A stretch of DNA of 28,935 bases from Hyphomicrobiales bacterium (lineage in GTDB: Bacteria > Pseudomonadota > Alphaproteobacteria > Rhizobiales > Beijerinckiaceae). Under the pieces are notes generated by a model. It worked only from the letters and a program-made list of their open reading frames with translations. It did no database searches and was not told where the DNA came from. The number at the start of each line of letters is the position of its first letter. Within the stretch, counting starts at the first letter, position 1. The position numbers and the translations under genes were made by a program. The stretch spans positions 1 through 28,935 of the forward strand of contig JANMFA010000141.1 of assembly GCA_031377545.1 (NCBI GenBank). Reading direction: 5' to 3'. Shown piece after piece: positions 16,592 to 25,618 of the stretch.

Positions 16592-17231
16592 ACAACCTCA
16601 ACCAGAGCATGCGGATGATTCCCGCGGTCACACCCCAGATATAGTGATCTCCGTGCGGCATCGCAAAGTAGCGCCGCATTTGCCCTTTCCATTCTCTTTC
16701 GTGGGTCTGGTGATTGGCCGGGTCCATCAGGAAGGAAAACGGTGTCTCGAACACCCGTTCGACCTCACAATGGTTCAGTGACAGCGGTGCATCGGCATCC
16801 ATCAGGGCCACGACGGGCGTGATGCGGAATCCGGTGGTTGAAAAATACGGGCCAAGATAGCCGAGCGGTGTCACATGCTGGCGGGACAGGCCGATTTCCT
16901 CCTCGGCCTCGCGCAGGGCTGCGCCCAGCGGGCCGTCATCATCCGGATCGATCTTGCCGCCAGGAAAGGCGATCTGGCCGGAATGCTGGCGCAGGGTTGA
17001 GGCACGCTGCGTCAGCAGCATTGTGACGCCCTCGGGTCGCGCCAGCAGCGGAATCAGCACCGCGGCAGGGCGCGCCTGCGACAGGATCTCCGGGGTCGGA
17101 TTCATGCCCGCGATGCCCGAATCACTGTGCGCGGCATCCTCGGGCGCCTGGATCGCGTCGCCATAGAGCCGTTCGCGGGCGAGGTCCGCGACCATGCCAG
17201 GCGTGAAGAGACCTGCTCCGTCGGGCTTCAC
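16572..17231 (-). CDS. CoA pyrophosphatase (Nudix, NudL/PCD1 type)
   Basis: CoAse-specific LLTQRASTLRQHSGQIAFPGG followed by the Nudix box ALREAEEEIG; YIWGVTAGII. Confidence 0.92.
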   Translation of the reverse strand: MKPDGAGLFTPGMVADLARERLYGDAIQAPEDAAHSDSGIAGMNPTPEILSQARPAAVLIPLLARPEGVTMLLTQRASTLRQHSGQIAFPGGKIDPDDDGPLGAALREAEEEIGLSRQHVTPLGYLGPYFSTTGFRITPVVALMDADAPLSLNHCEVERVFETPFSFLMDPANHQTHEREWKGQMRRYFAMPHGDHYIWGVTAGIIRMLWLRLYAARHS

Positions 17232-17800
17232 GCGTCGTCTCCAAGCTCGCTGGCCGGTGCCATGGGGAAGAATGCTCCGGCCGATGCCACGCCGAGCATC
17301 CTCGTGCCATCGATGTCGCGTGTCTGAGCCCGCTCAACCAGATCGAGATACACTGATCGCGACGCCTTGGCCCAAAGGCCGCCACGCACAAGCACATAGG
17401 GTTTCAGCCCGCCTGTCACTTCACGCTCGAAACGCACGGGATGATCGGACGAGGCGGTGACGTCGTCCTCGACATTGGTGCGGAAAGTCAGCACTGGCCC
17501 GGCCCTTGCATCGCTTTGTGTGACATCAACCGCGATGAAAGGTGCATCATCGACCTGGATTCCCACCATCTCGACCGGCGTGACAAGCACGTACCGTTCC
17601 GGATCCCTGCGCAGGATGGAGGCAAAAAGCTTCACCATCGCTGGCCGTCCGATCGGTGTGCGCTGGTAAAACCAGGTGCCATCGGCTGCGATGCGCATGT
17701 CGATCTCGCCGCAATACGGGGGATTCCAAAGGTGAACGGGCGGCGGACCTTTGCCGCGCGCTCTGGCGGCCACATCCGCGATGGAATTCAGATCAGCCAT
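17228..17800 (-). CDS. DUF1285 domain protein
   Basis: GPPPVHLWNPPYCGEIDMRIAADGTWFYQRTPIGRP.MVKLFASILR, LVTPVE.V.I.VDDAPF, TNV.D.V, KPYVLVRGGL.A. Confidence 0.88.
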   Translation of the reverse strand: MADLNSIADVAARARGKGPPPVHLWNPPYCGEIDMRIAADGTWFYQRTPIGRPAMVKLFASILRRDPERYVLVTPVEMVGIQVDDAPFIAVDVTQSDARAGPVLTFRTNVEDDVTASSDHPVRFEREVTGGLKPYVLVRGGLWAKASRSVYLDLVERAQTRDIDGTRMLGVASAGAFFPMAPASELGDDA

Positions 17801-18003
17801 GACATTGCCTATGCCGCATCCGCCGCCACACATCGATCACATTAAATTGGGTTGTGGTCCATGAATTTGCCATACCGTATCTATCCATAGGTTCGTGTGG
17901 ACTGCTTTGCTGACTTTGATTGTCTTGGCCGCAAAATGCTTCACACTGGTGTTTCGCTGAGTCACCCTAGTCTGACCCCATTCCGAGATTTCAGGAGAGT
18001 CCC

Positions 18004-19005
18004 TTGAGCGCAGCCGAAAAGCATCCCGAGGATCTGGCCGCGCTGGTCGAAAAGACGGCGGAAGCCGCTTCGGCGTCCCTTGCCCGCGCCAAGACCGCCA
18101 TCGGAGCAGTGATCTTCGGTCAGGAAACCGTGGTCGAGCAGGTTCTTGTCACCATCATTTCCGGTGGTCACGGTCTTCTGGTCGGCGTTCCCGGTCTGGC
18201 CAAGACCAAGCTGGTGGAAACGCTGGGGATCGTCCTGGGGCTTGATGCCCGCCGCGTCCAGTTCACGCCGGATCTGATGCCGTCCGACATCATTGGCACG
18301 GAAATTCTCGATGAGGGGGCCAGCGGCAAGCGCGCCTTCCGTTTCGTCAAGGGGCCGGTCTTTGCACAGCTTCTCATGGCAGATGAAATCAACCGCGCCA
18401 GCCCGCGTACCCAGTCCGCCCTGCTGCAGGCCATGCAGGAGTATCATGTCACGGTGGCCGGCGAGCGGCACGACCTGCCCAAACCCTTCCATGTGCTGGC
18501 GACCCAAAACCCGATCGAGCAGGAAGGTACTTATCCCCTGCCGGAGGCTCAGCTCGACCGCTTTCTGATGCAGATCGACGTAAACTATCCTGATCGCGAC
18601 GCCGAGCGGAAAATGCTTCTTGGCACCACCGGCGCGGATGAGGTGAAGGCGAAGAACACGCTGCAGGCCGAGGATCTGCTGACGGCGCAGCGGCTTGTGC
18701 GCCGCCTGCCGGTGGGTGACAAGGTGGTGGATGCCATCCTCGACATCGTACGCTCGGCGCGCCCTGGCGAAAAGGGCATCGGCGAGAAGCTCTCGTGGGG
18801 ACCAGGGCCGCGTGCCTCGCAGTCGCTGATGCTGGCGACGCGCGCCCGTGCGCTGATCGACGGGCGACTGGCCCCGTCTGTCGACGATGTGGCCGCACTT
18901 GCCGAGCCCATCCTCAAGCACCGTATGGCGCTGACTTTCGCGGCCCGAGCCGATGGAGAGACGATCCAGGGCGTGATTTCCCGCCTTGTCGAGCGGCTGG
19001 GATAA
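18004..19005 (+). CDS. moxR: MoxR-family AAA+ ATPase
   Basis: AGGAG RBS with TTG start; Walker A GVPGLAKT; RVQFTPDLMPSDI; Walker B MADEINRA; ATQNPIEQEGTYPLPEAQLDRF; GPGPRA. Confidence 0.95.
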   Translation: MSAAEKHPEDLAALVEKTAEAASASLARAKTAIGAVIFGQETVVEQVLVTIISGGHGLLVGVPGLAKTKLVETLGIVLGLDARRVQFTPDLMPSDIIGTEILDEGASGKRAFRFVKGPVFAQLLMADEINRASPRTQSALLQAMQEYHVTVAGERHDLPKPFHVLATQNPIEQEGTYPLPEAQLDRFLMQIDVNYPDRDAERKMLLGTTGADEVKAKNTLQAEDLLTAQRLVRRLPVGDKVVDAILDIVRSARPGEKGIGEKLSWGPGPRASQSLMLATRARALIDGRLAPSVDDVAALAEPILKHRMALTFAARADGETIQGVISRLVERLG

Positions 19006-19012
19006 GCCACAG

Positions 19013-19930
19013 GTGTTCGCAACACGCACCACGCAGTCGCCGCAACGGCTGAGCGACCACGCCGCGCACCGCATGGCGGAAGGTCTTGCTGCGGCCATGC
19101 CACGGCTTTCGGCAGATGCGCGCCGGGCTTCGGCCAGCGTGGCTGCCGGTGTGCATGGCAGACGCAGGGCCGGACAGGGCGAGACCTTCTGGCAATTCCG
19201 GCCTTTCGTGAACGGCGAGGCTGCCGCCAGGGTGGACTGGCGGCGCTCGGCCCGCGACGACAAGCTTTACGTCCGCGAACGCGAATGGGAAGCCGCGCAA
19301 TCCGTCTGGCTTTTCACGGATCGCTCGCCCTCGATGGATTATCGGTCCTCGCTCGCACCCATTGCCAAGAGCGAGCGCGGCATCGTTCTGGGACTCGCTG
19401 CCGCTGACATGCTGGTGCGTGGTGGCGAGCGCGTTGGCCTGATGGGGGCTTCGCCCGCCATTGCGTCGCGCCGCATCATCGAACGGCTGGGCGAGGCGAT
19501 GGTGGTCAGCCGCAGCTTCGGGCTGGCCTTTCCCGACGCACCCCTGGCCGCCCGCAGCGAGGCCCTGATCATCAGCGATTTCATCGCTCCCCTGCCTGAG
19601 CTGGAGATGAAGCTCAAGGGCATCGCCGCGCGCGGGGCGCGGGGCCATCTGGTGATCGTCAGTGACCCGGCGGAGGAGGTTTTTCCCTGGACCGGGCAGA
19701 CCGAGTTCATCGATCCAGAGGATGGTTTCAGGCTGCGCATCGGCGAAGCCGGTGAAATGGCCGCGACCTACAAGGAACGGCTTGCAGGGCACCGCGACGG
19801 ATTGCGGCGCATCGCTGGCCGGCTGGGCTGGAGCGTTACGGCACATCGCACGGACAAGCCTGCGAGCGAGACGCTGCTGCGCTTCGCCATGCTGCTTTCA
19901 AGTGGCGGCCCCGCCGCGGGAGGGGCATGA
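19013..19930 (+). CDS. DUF58 domain protein (MoxR partner)
   Basis: G.HGRRRAGQGETFWQFRPF...E.AARVDWRRSAR.DKLYVRERE.E; DRSPS motif; ISDF. GTG 19013 is a tentative start. Confidence 0.9.
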   Translation: MFATRTTQSPQRLSDHAAHRMAEGLAAAMPRLSADARRASASVAAGVHGRRRAGQGETFWQFRPFVNGEAAARVDWRRSARDDKLYVREREWEAAQSVWLFTDRSPSMDYRSSLAPIAKSERGIVLGLAAADMLVRGGERVGLMGASPAIASRRIIERLGEAMVVSRSFGLAFPDAPLAARSEALIISDFIAPLPELEMKLKGIAARGARGHLVIVSDPAEEVFPWTGQTEFIDPEDGFRLRIGEAGEMAATYKERLAGHRDGLRRIAGRLGWSVTAHRTDKPASETLLRFAMLLSSGGPAAGGA

Positions 19931-22767
19931 GCATGTTCGGTCTGCCGCTCGCTTTCACCATTCCGGTCGTGCTGACCGCACTTGCCGCACTTCCGGTGCT
20001 CTACTGGCTCCTCCGGCTGACACCGCCACCGCCCAATCAGGCCGTATTGCCAACGCTGGCCATCGTCCGTGACATGGAACGCAAGCAGGAGACTCCCGCA
20101 CACACGCCATGGTGGCTGCTGCTGCTGCGGCTGCTGATCGCCGGCCTGATCATTCTCGCCATGGCCGGTCCCCTGTGGAACCCGGATGTCGATGCCCGCG
20201 CCGGACGTGGACCCCTGCTGGTGGTGATGGACAACAGCTGGTCCGCAGCACCCGACTGGCAGGGCCGGGTCGAGCGTGCCCAGGCGCTGATTGAAACGGC
20301 AGGCGGTGCCGGCCGCCCGATTGCCCTGCGTGCCACATCGGAGGAGCCGGTTGACGTGGTGCCTGGCGCATCGACGCGTGTGCTCGATCAGCTGCGCAGC
20401 CTTGCGCCCGTCCCCCATTCCGTCGATCGCAAGCGCCATGAGGCGTCGCTTCTGGCCTTTCTGGAGCGCTACAGCGATGCAACGATCATCTGGCTGACCG
20501 ACCGTGTTTCTGTGCTTCCCGATCGCGATGCACTCGCGGCGCTTGCGGCAAAGGCAGGGGATCGCCTCACGGTCCTGGCCCCTGACAGCGCTTCCGTTCT
20601 GGCGCTTGCGGGCCCCAGCAATACGCCCGAGGCGATGACCATCCGCGTGTTGCGGGCCTCAGATGGGGCATCGGCAGCCGGAGCCTTGCGTGCCACTGAT
20701 TCCCGCGGGCGCCCGGTCGCGGAAGCGCGCTTCCTGTTTCCGTCGGGCGCGCGCGAGGTGACGGCCCGCTTCGAGGCACCGCTCGAGATCCGCAATGACT
20801 TCGCCCGTATCGACATGATCGAGCAGGCCTCTTCGGGGGCGGTGCAATTGCTCGATGGCCGCAACAAGCGCCGCCGCGTCGGCGTGATCAGCGGCGAAAG
20901 CGCGGACACCGCACAGCCGCTGCTGTCGCCCTCCTACTTCGTGACGCGGGCGCTTGGGCCCTTTGCCGATGTTCGGGAAGCACCGCGCGGCACGCCTGAT
21001 CCCTACGGACGGCTGATCGAGGATGGTGTGGCGGTCCTTGTGCTCACCGATGTCGGCACCGTGACGGGTGCAACGCTCGCAAGGCTGACCACATTCGTGG
21101 AAAACGGTGGCGTGCTGATCCGCTTCGCCAGCCGCCGTGTCGCCGCACCCGCCGATGCACTGATGCCTGTGCGCCTGCGCCGCAACGAACGCGTCATGGG
21201 CGGGGCGCTGTCCTGGGACACACCAAAGAAGCTGGCATCGTTCTCCACGGCAAGCCCGTTCGACGGCATGCGGGTGCCGGGCGATGTCACGGTCTCGCAG
21301 CAGATTCTGGCGGAGCCCGACGCCACCTTGCCGGAAAAGACCTGGGCCGCGCTGGAAGACGGCACCCCTCTCATCACCGGCGAAAAACGCGGCAAGGGCG
21401 TGGTGGCACTGTTCCATGTCACCGCGGACAGCGGGTGGTCCTCGCTGCCGCTGTCGCTGGCCTTTGTCGAAACATTGCGGCGGCTGACGGGCCTTTCGGC
21501 AGTCAGCGGCGACGCGCAGGATGTGGGTTCGGCAGCGGATACATCGCAGCGTGATCAGGCCCTGCTGGCGCCGCTGCGAAATCTGGATGCCTTCGGCGTG
21601 TTGCGCGCGCCTTCTGCGACAGCGGAGCCTGTCCGGCGCAATTTCCAGGAGGCCGCCACCCACAAACATCCGCCTGGCTTCTATGGGGCTCAGGAATCTC
21701 CGCTGGCGGTCAATGCGCTGACGCCCAATGCCGAGCTTCAGCCGCTTGACCTGACCGGCATGACGGTGAGGCCCCTGCTCGCCCGCCAGGCGCTTGATCT
21801 CCGGCCACACATGATCACGCTGGCGCTGCTGCTGTTCCTTGCCGATGCGCTGGCCTCGCTGTGGCTGTCGGGTGCGCTGGTGCGGCTGAGAGCACGGGCT
21901 GCAACGGCCGCCGTTATGCTGGCGGTCTCGGTCCTGATGCTTGGAGCAACCTCTATACCCGGTCTGGCGCAGCAGGTGCCCTCCACGGCACCACGCGCCG
22001 ACCGCATCCCTTCGTTCCGGGCCGATGACATCGAGGCGGCGCTCACCACGCGGCTGGCGTATGTCATCACCGGCGACCGGGAGATCGACGAGATCAGCCG
22101 TCAGGGCCTTCAGGGTCTCACGCGGGCGCTCGCCACCCGTACCGCGCTCGATCCCGGCGAACCGATCGGCCTTGATATTGGCCGCGACGAGCTGGTGTTC
22201 TATCCGCTGCTCTACTGGCCGATGGTGGCGAGCCGCCCGGCGCCATCAGAAGCAGCGATCCGCAAGATCGATGCCTTCATGAAGGGTGGCGGCACCATCA
22301 TCTTCGACACACGCGATGCGCTGAGCAACCGCGGCGGCAATACCGTCACGCCCGAAACCCAGTACATGCGCCGCATCCTGTCGAACATCGACGTGCCGGA
22401 TCTGGAGCCGATCCCCAAGGATCACGTGATCACCAAGACGTTCTACATCCTCGAGAATTTCCTGGGCCGGTACGCCACGGGACGCACCTGGATCGAGGTG
22501 CTGCAGCGCAATCAGGAGCAGGACCGCACGCGCCCGGCGCAGGCCGGCGACCGGGTCTCGCCCATCATCATCACCGGCAATGACCTGGCTGCCGCCTGGG
22601 CCATCGACCGGCTGGGCCAGCCCCGCTTCCCGCTGGTTCCGGGCGATGCGCGCCAGCGGGAGTTTGCACTGCGCGGTGGCGTCAACATCGTGATGTATGC
22701 GCTGACCGGCAACTACAAGGCTGATCAGGTGCATGTGCCTGCGCTGCTCGAGCGGCTGGGGCAATAG
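19927..22767 (+). CDS. BatA-N-terminal / vWA / GATase-like / DUF4159 membrane protein
   Basis: BatA-type double TM start (LPVLYWLLRLTPP..PWWLLLLRLL..IILAMAGP); MIDAS DNSWS and WLTD; FVENGGVLIRF; internal TMs; C-terminal LAYVITGD..D..S..GL.GL...L..RT..FYPLLYWP..NIVMYALTGNYK.DQVH. ATGA overlap with DUF58. Confidence 0.9.
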   Translation: MSMFGLPLAFTIPVVLTALAALPVLYWLLRLTPPPPNQAVLPTLAIVRDMERKQETPAHTPWWLLLLRLLIAGLIILAMAGPLWNPDVDARAGRGPLLVVMDNSWSAAPDWQGRVERAQALIETAGGAGRPIALRATSEEPVDVVPGASTRVLDQLRSLAPVPHSVDRKRHEASLLAFLERYSDATIIWLTDRVSVLPDRDALAALAAKAGDRLTVLAPDSASVLALAGPSNTPEAMTIRVLRASDGASAAGALRATDSRGRPVAEARFLFPSGAREVTARFEAPLEIRNDFARIDMIEQASSGAVQLLDGRNKRRRVGVISGESADTAQPLLSPSYFVTRALGPFADVREAPRGTPDPYGRLIEDGVAVLVLTDVGTVTGATLARLTTFVENGGVLIRFASRRVAAPADALMPVRLRRNERVMGGALSWDTPKKLASFSTASPFDGMRVPGDVTVSQQILAEPDATLPEKTWAALEDGTPLITGEKRGKGVVALFHVTADSGWSSLPLSLAFVETLRRLTGLSAVSGDAQDVGSAADTSQRDQALLAPLRNLDAFGVLRAPSATAEPVRRNFQEAATHKHPPGFYGAQESPLAVNALTPNAELQPLDLTGMTVRPLLARQALDLRPHMITLALLLFLADALASLWLSGALVRLRARAATAAVMLAVSVLMLGATSIPGLAQQVPSTAPRADRIPSFRADDIEAALTTRLAYVITGDREIDEISRQGLQGLTRALATRTALDPGEPIGLDIGRDELVFYPLLYWPMVASRPAPSEAAIRKIDAFMKGGGTIIFDTRDALSNRGGNTVTPETQYMRRILSNIDVPDLEPIPKDHVITKTFYILENFLGRYATGRTWIEVLQRNQEQDRTRPAQAGDRVSPIIITGNDLAAAWAIDRLGQPRFPLVPGDARQREFALRGGVNIVMYALTGNYKADQVHVPALLERLGQ

Positions 22768-22768
22768 G

Positions 22769-24865
22769 ATGGACCGTTTCAGCCTCACGTTTACGCCTTT
22801 CCTGCCCTGGCCCGTCATCGGCGTGCTTGCGGTTGCGGTCCTGCTTGTCGCAGGCCTTGCCCTGTTTGCCCGCCAGCGCGGCGGCTGGTTGCGGCTGGCG
22901 GCACTTGGCCTGCTCGTGCTCGCCCTGACCAATCCCGCCTTCGTCACGCTGGAGCGTGACAAGCTGAACGATGTTGTCGCCGTGGTGGTGGACCGCAGCG
23001 GCAGCCAGCGCCTTGGCGACCGCGCGGCGCAGACCGACCGCGCCCGCGACGAGGTGATGCGCCAGCTCAACGCCCGGCCGGGCACCGACATCCGCGTGAT
23101 CGAAGTGGATGAGCGCGACACGGACGTGGATGGAACCCGCCTGTTCGAAAGCCTGCAGGCAGGCCTTGGCGATGTGCCGCCCGAGCGCATGGCCGGCGTT
23201 GTCGCCATCACCGATGGCCGCGTGCATGATGTGCCCGCATCCGCCCGCGCGCTGGGCTTCCAGGCTCCTTTTCATGCGCTGATCACGGGACGCGAGGGCG
23301 AGCGCGACCGGCGGCTGGAGGTCGTGCAGGGCCCGCGCTTCGGCATCGTTGGCAAGGACGTGCAGGTGGTGGTGCGCATCGTCGATTCAGGCGTGTCCGG
23401 CTCCGCACCGGCCAATGTGATCGTCCGCAGAGGCGGGCAGGTCATTGCGCGGCGCACCGGCACCCCCGGACAGATCATCCGCATGCCGGTACGGATCGAG
23501 AATGCGGGTCAGAACCTGATCGAGATCGAGGCAGAATCGATCCCCGATGAACTGACGCTGCTGAACAACGTCGCCGTTCTGCCGATCGAAGGCGTGCGCG
23601 ACAAGCTCAAGGTGTTGCTGGTATCAGGCGAACCGCATGCGGGCGAGCGCACCTGGCGCAATCTCCTGAAGGCGGACGGCAACGTCGAGCTTGTGCATTT
23701 CACCATTCTCCGTCCCCCGGAGAAGCAGGATGGCACGCCGATCAACGAACTGGCGCTCATTGCCTTCCCGACGCGTGAGCTTTTCGTGCAGAAGATCGCG
23801 GAGTTCGACCTGATCATCCTGGATCGCTACGCCAATCAGAGCATCCTGCCGCCCAGCTATTTCGAGAATATCGTCAAGTATGTCCGCGATGGTGGCGCGG
23901 TGCTGCTGGCCGCCGGTGGCGAATTCGCGGGTCCGGGTAGCCTCGCCAGCACGCCGCTGATGCAGATTCTTCCCGCACGGCCGCAGGGCAATGCCATCGA
24001 GCGGCCGTACCTGCCGCGCATCTCGGCCATCGGCGAGCGTCACCCCGTGACCCGCGCCCTGCCCGGATGGGACAAGGACAATCCGCAATGGTCACCGTGG
24101 TTCAGGCTGGTCAGCGCGCAGGCCACCATCGGCGCTTCCGTGATGACCGGGCCCGATGACCTGCCGCTGCTCGTCCTCAACCGCGTGCAGAAAGGCCGTG
24201 TGGCGCAGCTTCTGTCCGATCACGCCTGGCTCTGGGCGCGCGGGCTGGGCGAGGGTGGGCCATACATCGACCTGCTGCGCCGCCTTTCGCACTGGCTGAT
24301 GAAGGAGCCGGAACTGGACGAGGAAGCGTTGCGCATGACAGCGCGCGGCAATGTGCTGACGATCGAGCGGCAAACGCTGGCGGAGACCACTGGAGACATG
24401 CGCCTTGTGGCTCCCGACGGCGATGAGCTGAAGCTGACGCTGACCCAGGCAGAGCCGGGCCTCTGGCGCACCACATTCACAGCGAGGCGTCAGGGACTTC
24501 ACCGCGTGATCGATGGCGACAAGGTGGCATTTGCCAATGTCGGGCCTGCCAATCCGCGCGAATTCCGCGAGGTCACCAGCACCGAGGAAGAGCTGCGTAC
24601 CGTGGTCGAGCAGACCGGTGGCAGCGTCCGGCGACTGGAACAGTCCGGTCGCTTCGCCGTGCCGCGCATCGTGGATATCCGGGGCGGTGTCCGTTTCGCC
24701 GGTTCGGACTTTATCGGACTGAAGCCCGCCGAAGCCTATGTGGTGAAGGGCGCGAGCCTGATGCCTCTGGCGCTTGGGCTTGTCGGGCTGGTCCTGTTAC
24801 TGGGCAGCGTGATCCTGAGCTGGCTCCGCGAGGGTCGGGGCCGCTTCGGACGCCGTGCTGCCTGA
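22769..24865 (+). CDS. Membrane protein with vWA and class-I GATase-like domains
   Basis: N-terminal TMs; MIDAS VDRSGS, GTRL and ITDG; KVLLVSGEPH.GER.WRNLLK.D..V.LVHFTILR; FDLIILDRY; YVRDGGAVL; C-terminal TM. Starts 1 nt after the previous stop. Confidence 0.88.
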   Translation: MDRFSLTFTPFLPWPVIGVLAVAVLLVAGLALFARQRGGWLRLAALGLLVLALTNPAFVTLERDKLNDVVAVVVDRSGSQRLGDRAAQTDRARDEVMRQLNARPGTDIRVIEVDERDTDVDGTRLFESLQAGLGDVPPERMAGVVAITDGRVHDVPASARALGFQAPFHALITGREGERDRRLEVVQGPRFGIVGKDVQVVVRIVDSGVSGSAPANVIVRRGGQVIARRTGTPGQIIRMPVRIENAGQNLIEIEAESIPDELTLLNNVAVLPIEGVRDKLKVLLVSGEPHAGERTWRNLLKADGNVELVHFTILRPPEKQDGTPINELALIAFPTRELFVQKIAEFDLIILDRYANQSILPPSYFENIVKYVRDGGAVLLAAGGEFAGPGSLASTPLMQILPARPQGNAIERPYLPRISAIGERHPVTRALPGWDKDNPQWSPWFRLVSAQATIGASVMTGPDDLPLLVLNRVQKGRVAQLLSDHAWLWARGLGEGGPYIDLLRRLSHWLMKEPELDEEALRMTARGNVLTIERQTLAETTGDMRLVAPDGDELKLTLTQAEPGLWRTTFTARRQGLHRVIDGDKVAFANVGPANPREFREVTSTEEELRTVVEQTGGSVRRLEQSGRFAVPRIVDIRGGVRFAGSDFIGLKPAEAYVVKGASLMPLALGLVGLVLLLGSVILSWLREGRGRFGRRAA

Positions 24866-24876
24866 CAGGCCGTATC

Positions 24877-25530
24877 GTGCCACTGGCCAACCGGGTGGAC
24901 CCCTTCGGAACGCTGTTTTCCACCCCGGCGCGGGGAACCTTCCTGGGCAACCGGGGCGGGCAGTTCCATTGTGCCGAAAGTCGGCGCCTGACCGGAAGGC
25001 CCTATGCCAGCAGGCAATGGATCTGTTGCCTGCTGGCGTTCAAGTCCCGCCGGAGAACAGTCTGGGCCAAAGGCTACACGGAGTTGTTCTTTGCCGATGA
25101 GGTCTCGGCGCTGGCGGCCGGTCATCGCCCCTGCTTCGAATGCCGCCGGGCAGATGCCATCGCCTTCGCCAGGGCATGGGGACAGGCGCAGGGATCCCCA
25201 CCGCCGCTGGCACCACAGATGGACCGGGTGCTGCACGATGAGCGGCTGCAGCCGGGGAGAGGCTATGCCAAGAGGATACACGCGTCATCAGGCCAGATCC
25301 TGCCGGATGGGACGATGGTGTCCATTGGCGGCAAAGCCCATGCTGTTTTGCAAGGCGGACTCCATGCATGGTCATTCGACGGGTTTGACCCGGTTGCAAC
25401 CCCGCAGCCCGATGGCGCGGTTCATGTCCTGACGCCGCCCTGTGTCGTGGCGGCGCTTGGCACGGGCTACCGCCCTGTCTGGCGGTTCCAGGATGATGCG
25501 GCAGCGCTTGCGGCGACCATCCGCCAATGA
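24877..25530 (+). CDS. Cys-rich hypothetical protein with an Ada-like zinc-binding signature
   Basis: MPLANRVDPFG..GNRG; WICCLL; YTELFFADEVSALAAGHRPCFECRR. GTG start 11 nt after the previous stop. Confidence 0.8.
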   Translation: MPLANRVDPFGTLFSTPARGTFLGNRGGQFHCAESRRLTGRPYASRQWICCLLAFKSRRRTVWAKGYTELFFADEVSALAAGHRPCFECRRADAIAFARAWGQAQGSPPPLAPQMDRVLHDERLQPGRGYAKRIHASSGQILPDGTMVSIGGKAHAVLQGGLHAWSFDGFDPVATPQPDGAVHVLTPPCVVAALGTGYRPVWRFQDDAAALAATIRQ

Positions 25531-25618
25531 TAGGCCCAGCGGCCTGACGCCTTCCGGGCAAAGTTTTTCAGACGGATCGGGGCGGGCGGTTTTCCCGCAA
25601 CATGGAGCAGGCTGAATC

